From: Eledone cirrhosa
Lineage: Eukaryota
Length of the DNA stretch: 64,000 nucleotides
Assembly: GCA_964016885.1 (NCBI GenBank)
Contig: OZ024745.1
Location: forward strand, 22,382,001-22,446,000
Direction of reading: 5' to 3'
Each line of letters opens with the position of its first letter. Position 1 is the stretch's first letter. Shown here in pieces: positions 54,620 through 64,000 of this stretch. A program made the position numbers and the translations under genes. The notes below the pieces were generated by a model, which saw nothing but the letters and a program-made list of their open reading frames with translations, was not told the origin of the DNA and did no database searches.

Positions 54620-56530
54620 CGTGACAGTTATGGCAGTGGAGGTAGTGGTGACACAGTGACACTGGTGGTGACAGTGGTGGTAGTGGTGGTAGTAGTGGTA
54701 GTGATGGTAGTGGTGGTAGTGGTGACACAGTGACACTGGTGGTGACAGTGGTGGTAGTGGTGGTAGTAGTGGTAGTGATGGTAGTGGTGGTAGTGGTGAC
54801 ACAGTGACACTGGTGGTGGTAGTGTTGGTAGTGGTGGTAGTGGTGGTAGTGGTGGTAGTGGTGGTAGTGGTGACACAGTGACACTGGTGGTGACAGTGGT
54901 GGTAGTGGTGGTAGTGGTGGTAGTGGTGACAGTGGTGGTAGTGGTGGTAGTAGTGGTAGTGATGGTAGTGGTGGTAGTGGTGACACAGTGACACTGGTGG
55001 TGACAGTGGTGGTAGTGGTGGTAGTAGTGGTAGTGATGGTAGTGGTGGTAGTGGTGACACAGTGACACTGGTGGTGACAGTGGTGGTAGTGGTGGTAGTA
55101 GTGGTAGTGATGGTAGTGGTGGTAGTGGTGACACAGTGACACTGGTGGTGACAGTGGTGGTAGTGGTGGTAGTAGTGGTAGTGATGGCAGTGGAGGTAGT
55201 GGTGACACAGTGACACTGGTGGTGACAGTGGTGGTAGTGGTGGTAGTAGTGGTAGTGATGGTAGTGGTGGTAGTGGTGACACAGTGACACTGGTGGTGAC
55301 AGTGGTGGTAGTGGTGGTAGTAGTGGTAGTGATGGTAGTGGTGGTAGTGGTGACACAGTGACACTGGTGGTGACAGTGGTGGTAGTGGTGGTAGTAGTGG
55401 TAGTGGTGGTACTGGTGGTAGTGGTGGTAGTAGTGGTAGTGGTGGTACTGGTGGTAGTGGTGGTAGTGGTGGTAGAAGTGGTAGTGGTGACATTGGTGGT
55501 AGTGGTGGTAGTGCTGGTAGTGGTAGTAGTGGTGGTAGTGGTGGTAGTGGTGGTAGAAGTGGTAGTGGTGACATTGGTGGTAGTGGTGGTAGTGCTGGTA
55601 TTGGTGGTAGTGGTGGTAGTGGTGGTAGTGGTGGTAGTGGTGGTAGTGGTGGTAGTGGTGGTAGTGGTTGTAGTGGTGGTAGTGGTGGTAGTGGTGGTAG
55701 TGGTGACATTGGTGGTAGTGGTGGTAGTGCTGGTATTGGTGGTAGTGGTGGTAGTGGTAGTAGAAGTGGTAGTGGTGACAGTGGTGGTAGTGGTGGTAGT
55801 GCTGGTATTGGTGGTAGTGATGGTAGTGGTGACAGTGGAGGTAGTGGTGGTAGTGCTGGTAGTGGTTGTAGTGGTGGTAGTGGTGGTAGTGGTGGTAGTA
55901 GTGCTAGAAGTGGTAGTGGTGACATTTGTGGTAGTGGTGGTAGTGGTGGTAGTAGTGGTAGAAGTGGTAGAAGTGGTAGTGGTGACATTTGTGGTAGTGG
56001 TGGTAGTGCTGGTAGTGGTGGTAGTGGTGATAGTGGTGACAGTGGTGGTAGTGGTGGTAGTGCTGGTAGTGGTTGTAGTGGTGGTAGTGGTGGTAGTGGT
56101 GGTAGAGGTGGTAGTGGTGGTAGTAGTGGTAGAAGTGGTAGTGGTGACATTTGTGGTAGTGGTGGTATTGCTGGTAGTGGTGGTAGTGGTGACAGTGGTG
56201 GTAGTGGTGGTAGTGCTGGTAGTGGTTGTAGTGGTGGTAGTGGTGGTAGTGGTGGTAGTGGTGGTAGTGGTGGTAGTGGTGACAGTGGTGACATTGGTGG
56301 TAGTGGTGGTAGTGGTGGTAGTGGTGGTAGTGGTGACAGTGGTGGTAGTGGTGGTAGTGGTGACAGTGGTGGTAGTGGTGGTAGTGGTGGTAGTGGTGAC
56401 AGTGGTGACATTGGTGGTAGTGGTGGTAGTGGTGGTAGTGGTGGTAGTGGTGGTAGTGGTGACAGTGGTGGTAGTGGTGGTAGTGGTTGTAGTGGTGGTA
56501 GTGGTGGTAGTGGTGGTAGTGGTGACAGCC
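54620..56530. repeat. (GGT/AGT)n array with a 74-bp higher-order unit at ~54650-55380
   Basis: gacacagtgacact recurs at 54650, 54724, 54798... Confidence 0.93.
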
Positions 56531-56584
56531 ATTTGTCAGAATATAATTATCTAAGTTACTGTTAGTGCTGTATATGTTATAGCA

Positions 56585-56962
56585 TAGTGGTGTTGGTGGT
56601 GGTAGTGGTGGTTAGTGGTGGTGGTGGTGGTGGTAGTGGTGGTGGTAGTGGTGGAGGTGGTGGTGGTGTTGGTGTTGGCGGTGGTACTGGTTTTTTGTGG
56701 CTGTGGTTGGAACTGAGGTTGTTATGGCTGTGGTGGTGGTGGTGATGATGGAGGAGGTGTTGTTGTTGATGGTGGTGGTGGTAGTTGTGGTGGAGGAGGT
56801 GTTGTTGTTGCTGGTTGTGGTTAAGGTGGTTGTAGCTGTGGTGGTGGTGGTTGTGGTGGTGGTTGTTGTTGTTGTTGGTGGTGGTGGTAGGGGTGTTGTT
56901 GTTGTTGGTGGTGGTGGAGGAGATGTTGTTATTGTTGGTGGTGGTGGTGGTGGTGGAGGAGG

Positions 56963-56993
<31 letters not shown>

Positions 56994-57552
56994 GGTGGTG
57001 GAGGAGGTGTTGTTGTTGTTGGTGGTGGTGGTGGTGGTGGTGGAGGAGGTGTTGTTGTTGTTGGTGGTGGTGGTGGTGATGGTGGAGGTGTTGTTGTTGG
57101 TGGTGGTGGTGGAGGAGATGTTGTTATTGTTGGTGGTGGTGGTGGTGTTGTTGCTGTTGGTGGTGGTGGGGGGGGGGTGTTGTTGGTGTTGGTGGTGGTG
57201 GTAGTGGTGCAGGAGGTGTTGTTGTTGGTTGTGGAGGTGGTGGAGGAGGTGTTGTTGGTGGTGGTGGTGGTGGTGGAGGAGGTGGTGGTGATGATGGTGG
57301 TGGTGGTGGAGGAGGTGTTGTTGTTGGTTGTGGAGGTGGTGGAGGAGGTGTTGTTGGTGGTGGTGGTGGTGGTGGAGGAGGTGGTGGTGATGATGGTGGT
57401 GGTGGTGGAGGAGGTGTTGTTGTTGTTGTTGGTGGTGGTGGTGGAGGAGGAGGTGTTCTTGTTGGTTGTGGAGGTGGTGGAGGAGATGTTGTTGGTGGTG
57501 GTGGTGGTGGTGGAGGAGGTGGTGGTGATGATGGTGGTGGTGGTGGAGGAGG

Positions 57553-57583
<31 letters not shown>

Positions 57584-57836
57584 GGAGGAGGAGGTGTTGT
57601 TGTTGTTGTTGTGGGTGGTGGTGGTGGAGGAGGTGTTGTTGTTGGTGGTGATGATGGTGGTGGTGGTGGAGGAGGTGTTGTTGGTGGTGGTGGTGGTGGT
57701 GGAGGAGGTGGTGTTGTTGATGGTGGTGGTGGTGGAGGAGGTGTTGTTGTTGGTGGTGGTGGAGGAGGTGTTGTTGGTGGTGGTGGTGGTGGTGGAGGAG
57801 GTGGTGGTGATGATGGTGGTGGTGGTGGAGGAGGTG

Positions 57837-57868
<32 letters not shown>

Positions 57869-57914
57869 GGTGGAGGAGGTGGTGTTGTTGATGGTGGTGG
57901 TGGTGGAGGAGGTG

Positions 57915-57945
<31 letters not shown>

Positions 57946-58115
57946 AGGAGGTGTTGTTGTTGTTGGTGGAGGAGGTGTTGTTGGTGATGGTGGTGGTGGA
58001 GGAGGTGTTGTTGTTGGTGGTGATGATGGTGGTGGTGGTGGAATAGGTGTTGTTGGTGGTGGTGGTGGTGGTGGAGGAGGTGGTGTTGTTGATGGTGGTG
58101 GTGGTGGAGGAGGTG

Positions 58116-58146
<31 letters not shown>

Positions 58147-58364
58147 AGGAGGTGTTGTTGTTGTTGGTGGAGGAGGTGTTGTTGGTGATGGTGGTGGTGG
58201 AGGAGGAGGTGTTGTTGTTGGTGGTGGTGGTGGTGGAGGAGGCGGTGTTGTTGATGGTGGTGGTGGAGGAGGTGTTGTTGTTGTTGGTGGAGGAGGTGTT
58301 GTTGTTGTTTGTGGTGGTGGTGGATCAGGTGTTGTTGTTGTTGTTGGTGGTGGTGGTGGAGGTG

Positions 58365-58396
<32 letters not shown>

Positions 58397-58527
58397 GGAG
58401 GAGGTGTTGGTGGTGGTGGTGGTGGTGGTGGTGGAGGAGGTGTTGTTGTTGTTTGTGGAGGAGGTGTTGTTGTTGTTGGTGGTGGTGGAGGAGGTGTTGT
58501 TGTTGGTGGTGGTGGTGGTGGTGTTGG

Positions 58528-58573
<46 letters not shown>

Positions 58574-59260
58574 GTTGTTGTTGCTGTTGGTGGTGGTGGT
58601 GGTGGAGGAGGTGTTGGTGGTGGTGGTGGAGGAGGAGGTGTTGTTGTTGGTGTTGGTGGTGGTGGTGGAGGATGTGATGTTGTTGTTGGCGGTGGTGGTG
58701 GTGGTGGTGGTGGTGGTGGAGATGGTGTTGCAGCTCATGCTGCTGCTGTTGAAGATTTTTTCTTTGTTTTTCTAGTTTATCACTGTTGTTGTTATAGTTA
58801 TTATTGTTGTTGTTATTGTTTTTGTTATTATTGTTGTTGTTTTTATTGTTGTTATTATTGCTGTTGTTTTATTGTTGTTGTTATTATTGTTGTTGTTTTT
58901 ATTGTTGTTGTTTTTATTGTTGTTATTATTGTTGTTGTTTTTATTGTTGTTGTTATTATTGTTGTTTTTATTGCTGATAATTATGTAGCTGCTGCCTAGC
59001 TGTTATTTTTTGCAGAGTTCTAATTTTTCCCCCTGGTAATGTTGATGTTGTTGTTGTCGTTGTTATCATATAACAGCTACGAGAGCTATCTCATTAATAT
59101 GTTTTTGTTGTTGTCGTTGTTGTTGTTGTTGTTCTAGTTGTTGTTGTTGTTTTATTTGTTGTTGTTGTTGTCGTTGTTGTAGTTGTTGTAGTTGTTGTTG
59201 TTTTGTTAGCTGTTATCATTCATCTTTTCTTTTGTTGTCATTTTTATTGTTATTATTATT
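56585..59260. repeat. (GGT/TGT/GGA)n trinucleotide array
   Basis: direct inspection. Confidence 0.93.
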
Positions 59261-59276
59261 AGCAATTATTATGAGC

Positions 59277-59465
59277 GCGGTGGATTGGCAGTATCGGTAG
59301 AGGGTCAGCCGTCATGCTTTGAAGCATAGTGCTACCTCCCTTAATGATCTGAGTTCAAATCCCGCCGAGGTTAACTTTGCCTTTCATCCTTACGGGGTCG
59401 ATAAAAAAAGTACCAGTAATACACTGGGATAATTGCTGGCCTTGTGCCAAAAGTAGAAACAAGTA
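59277..59465 (+). mobile_element. SINE family A
   Basis: full-length match. Confidence 0.9.
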
Positions 59466-59814
59466 TTAGAAATTATTAATTTCAACCTTAATCTAGAGCC
59501 ACTTTGAATTTCACCCTATTGACATCGATAAAATAAGGTATCAGTAAGGTTATTTTACTCAGCTACTCGCTACCGTCATAGACTTTACCATTACCACAGC
59601 AAATAAGATGAGATTGTTCATAGCTCTACTGATATTCCAAGATTTATCGCCCTTCTGATCAACATATTTCAGTCTACCTCCAGGCAACAAGGCAGTCCCA
59701 ATGTAGTAATCACTCTATCGTTTAGCCACATGACTCTCAAACCACATCCTATCGTCTTTCAAAAGGATACATTAGATAACGTAATTTCAGTGGCTTAGGT
59801 TGTGACGGGAAACC

Positions 59815-60660
59815 ATGCGAGAGTGTCTGCTAAAACTCGCTGTGAGTCTCTGTGACCTCGGTCGCCTCTTAACAGTTAATCTGACACTGCAGGCCTATCT
59901 TTTGTGTCCAGTCGCAGGAACTATCGTGGAGCGGGAATTTGAGTCAGTTTGTTCCCCAATATGCAGGTTACCAACGCCACAGAGACGACATCAAATGCAG
60001 TTTAACTTTCCCAACGATTGAGTTTTCTCTCGATCCACACTGTCATATCTGTGCCCAGTCCACCTTGCAGTCAAACAGTGGTATGTGGATCAATTCGGTG
60101 GCCTCTTCATCAATCAACACTCTTCTTGATGATAAGTTCACCCACCTCGGAGTAAACCTGCAGCTTGGTTTCCATGTGTGTGAGCCTCATAAATGATATT
60201 GGAAGAACCACTATCGACAAGTTTGGATTACATCCGCTCTCTTGTTACCGCAGAGCAAGTAGTTTCCCTCGAAAGAACGCCTTGAACAAGGTAATCAGAA
60301 GAAGATTTGATGCGGTTGGTTTCCCGTCACGACTGAAGACAGACGTTCGCGACTGCCGTAACTGTTAGTACCCAGACGATATACTCTATTTCTTGTTTGG
60401 GGGAGTTGTCATTCATTTGGGACGCTACATGCTGCGATAGGTTTCCTAGTGTCACTAGTCATCGCCTTGGACACAAACCCGCCGTTGCTGCAATCAGGGC
60501 ATAGATCGCTCTATTGATTGCGATCCCTGGACTGGCATTTTCTTGCACCAAATTAGAACGAAGCTATCTCACCTGGGATAGGAGCCTGGTAAGGTGGAAC
60601 AGCTGAAGCAGCGGGTATCTCTGTCTGTTCCCCGCAGTAATACTTCCACACAGCAAAGAT
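59815..60660 (+). pseudogene. Decayed CRE-clade LINE (zinc knuckle + restriction-like endonuclease region)
   Basis: SGMWINS..LLDD..LQLGFHVCEPH, IDKFGLHPLSC..PRKNALNKVIRR..VGFPSRL, WDATCCD; stops and frameshifts. Confidence 0.75.
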
Positions 60661-60922
60661 TGTAACGTTTCTCCTTCCATATTCCTTCCTTTTACTTATT
60701 CATTTTCTTTTTCTCGGCCACCATTTTTCTTTCTTTCTATATTTTCTCTTCCATCTTGTAAACATATACAACTATGTCTGAAATGTTGAGGCATGTAGTC
60801 TGGTGAAGAGACTTCAACCTGCTTCAACTTACCCGCCGGTAGATGAAATCATTTTCATTTTACCCCTGGGATAACCGGAACCTGATTTCAAATTATCCTT
60901 GAACTCGTCATATTATGCCCCT

Positions 60923-61006
<84 letters not shown>

Positions 61007-61058
61007 CCTCCTTCACTCTCCCTTTCTCTATCTCACTATATCCCTCCATCTCTAACTC

Positions 61059-61133
<75 letters not shown>

Positions 61134-61677
61134 CTCTCTCTATTTCTCTCTATCAGTTTCTCTCTCTCACTCTCTCTCTCTCTCTACCTCTCTCTATTTC
61201 TCTCTATCAGTTTCTCTCTCTCACTCTCTCTCTCTCTCTACCTTTCTTTCTCCTTATCTCCCTCTCTCGCTAAAATTATATTTTCTATTTGTTAAAATTC
61301 ATGATACGTTTATTGTCTTAAAAATTGAAAAAAATATTAATACCACAATAATGTTGGAATATTATCCTTTTTTACAAAAACAACCGCTCTTAAATTTGTC
61401 ATGCTTTAAACATCAAAGATTCAGACACGAAAACGAAAAAATATATAAGAGGAAATTCTTTTAAATAAGAATCTGATTTCAGTTAGAAAATACACAATCG
61501 CAATACTTTTTTATTTTGTACATAATGATATTTTATGAACAAAAATATATGTTGAATGCGTTTAAAGTGTATAATTTTATTTTTTGCTGCCATATGAAAG
61601 TATAACTTTGTTTTATTTTCTGAACATTTAAAACACCTTTGCTTCAGTGGAAGATATCCAAATACCAGGGCTTGACT

Positions 61678-62392
61678 CCTTCCTGGTTGTCCATCGTAAA
61701 CGATGATGACATCTTCTTTATTGTTGTTCCCGTCTGCTGTGGGCACGAAGGTGGCTGTGGAGGCCGATCCTTGACTTGCAGGTCCGGGGACAGTGGAGGC
61801 AGGGGAAGAGACCGGAGTCAGACCAGCAACTCCCAGAGGTTACCTCCACCTCTCGCCCATCGCCGCAGGGCTTTGGGAGTGCACGCTAAAGAAGAAACCT
61901 GTGCGGGAAAGGTTTATAGTGGGAGGGCCAGTGCACAGTTACGGTCCCACTCACTCGGCCGCAGTAGCCAGAATCTGGTGGTACGGAGGACCGTCACGAC
62001 CAGGGACTTCCTTGGCTGCAGTGGATGGCCACGACGTCTGTAGTGCCTTGCCGTGCCCTAGCGCTTGCCACCGCTTGCTGTTGCCGCCTTTGTGACCGTT
62101 GGGAGGATGTTGTCCTCCTCCACTCACTCCGCCGGGTCCAGTGTTCGCATGCGGGGGAAGGCATCCCCTATCTAACTCACCGTGGGGTTTCAGACCCGTC
62201 CAGCTACCCTCAACCTTGTTCGGCCCGCCAGCCAAGGCGGTTTACTGGGGTGTGGCCACTGTCGCATGCTACAACTTCTTGGGGTCACAGGTGAGGGCTG
62301 AGTGTCAGGTGGGACGCAATGCAGAACGAGCTGTCATGAAAAGGGCATGGCTAGCCCTCCCTACAGAGGTACATGCCCCTCCCTGACACCCC
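61678..62392 (-). mobile_element. Internally deleted (bipartite) RTE-clade element
   Basis: GC-rich RTE-like 5' leader joined to FPCLHCPRTCKSRIGLHSHLRAH* (stop 61720-61718) and 3' hairpin catcg-ttta-cgatg. Confidence 0.7.
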
Positions 62393-62489
62393 AGGCATAT
62401 ACACACGCATATACATACACATACATATGTACATGCGTATATAAATATTTACACATTTTTGGATAGCATTTGACTCTTATGAGTTCTTC

Positions 62490-62657
62490 CGCCCTTTGTC
62501 AGGTTTTGTTTTTTGTCCTGCAGGGTAACAAAAATCACCTTCCTCACCAAGTAAACTTGGTGGGGTTGCCAGTTTAGTCGCCGACAACCCGACCATGCGA
62601 CAGGTTGTACTGGGTTACATGTTACCAGTAGCACTCAAGAGTGACATGACATAGGGC
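62490..62657 (-). mobile_element. Probable 5' leader of a second LINE/SINE with an HDV-like fold candidate
   Basis: structured GC-balanced segment: ccagt...acct..atggtc-gg...ctaa-actgg. Confidence 0.35.
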
Positions 62658-62859
62658 GTGACTAACCGCTTCTTATTCATGCTGGTCACTGTCGAGACCT
62701 CTAGTGTCCTCCTCCTCCCCGCCCACATAATCACACCCACCACCAACACCAATGTTATTAACAGTAAAACTCCCCTATCACGACTCCCTGTTGGTTATTT
62801 TAGTTTTTTTCTATCATCTTTTTTCGACAATCTTCTCGCTCACTGTTATCATCATCATC

Positions 62860-64000
62860 ATTAATAATATAATAATTCGTACTACGACGACCGCCATTAC
62901 CCCCACTACAACTACCACTTCCACAATCACCACCAACGTAATCAACACCACCACCACCATCACCATTATCACAACTACCACCACCACCACATCCACGACC
63001 ACTACCATCATGACCTTGACCACGATGGCGACGACAATCATTCACATCATCATCATTCACATCATCACCATGACCAAAGCCACCACGACAACCACCATCA
63101 CCATCACCAGCACCACCATCACCACCAGCACCATCATTCACATCACCACTATCGACACCAGCACCATTACCAACACCACCACGATCACCACCACCACCAT
63201 CACCACCATCAGCACCATAACCATCATCACCACCACCAACATTCACATCAGCTGGTAGTAAACCACGACAACATATCGTCATCTCCATTAACTGAACCGT
63301 CCTTATGTCAACCAACGATATCCGGATGTTCAGCTAGGTTAGAATTGATCGGCAATTTTTGAAATATGACATATCTCACGCCATTTATTGAAAAAAATTC
63401 ATAGTATGATGGATTACATGCCTCCTGCCAACGTATACCACAAGATCGACAACACCAACACCACCACCAACACCAACACCAACACCAACACCAACTCCAA
63501 CACCACCAACACCACCACCAGCACCAACACCAACACCAACACCAACTCCAACACCACCAACACCAACACCAACACCACCAACCCCAACACTAACACCAAC
63601 ACCACCAACACAAACACCACCAACACCAACACCAACACCAACACCAACACCACCAACACCAACACCACTACCAACACCACCATCAACACCAACATCAACA
63701 CCAACACCGACACCAACACCACCAACACCACCAACACCAACACCACCAACACCAACACCACCAACACCACCAACACCAACACCAACACCAACACCACCAA
63801 CACCAACACCACCAACACCAACACCACCAACACCACCAACACCACCAACACCACCAACACCAACACCACCAACACCAACACCACCAACACCAACACCAAC
63901 ACCACCAACACCAACACCACCAACACCAAAACCAACACCACCAACACCGACACCACCAACACCAACACCAACACCAACACCAACACCAACACCAACACCA
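62860..64000. repeat. (CAC/CAT)n and (ACCAAC)n arrays
   Basis: direct inspection. Confidence 0.9.

Noticed and set aside
54447-58999. 400-650-aa mucin-, extensin- or glycine-rich-looking ORFs
   Set aside because: Pure trinucleotide arrays; the 74-bp period breaks codon phase
61639-62386. Several GC-rich ORFs in the track
   Set aside because: They overlap the non-coding leader of the RTE-derived element; only the short minus-strand zinc-finger peptide is meaningful

Overview
Repeat-saturated animal DNA with no recognisable host exon. The SINE types suggest an octopod cephalopod (inference). Nearly all long ORFs in the track are microsatellite artefacts. The centrepiece is an apparently intact ~5.7-kb Penelope-like retroelement (PLE) at 40409-46129 (minus strand) inserted in (TA)n. 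It has an ~800-aa RT + C-terminal GIY-YIG ORF of Hydra-clade type, two ~1.07-kb direct pseudo-LTRs, an inverted third copy, and a minimal hammerhead ribozyme (HHR) in each copy. Around it are many short fold-back PLE insertions from about ten sequence families, carrying roughly 20 intact or degenerate HHR motifs. Independent insertions of one family reuse the same two termini, and an AGYRCT motif lies between them across families. The window also holds RT and endonuclease relics of other PLEs, CRE- and RTE-clade LINE fragments, an internally deleted bipartite RTE element, an HDV-like ribozyme candidate, two tRNA-derived SINE families, mariner- and hAT-type MITEs, and mini/microsatellites. All alignments and folds were done by eye, so boundaries are approximate.
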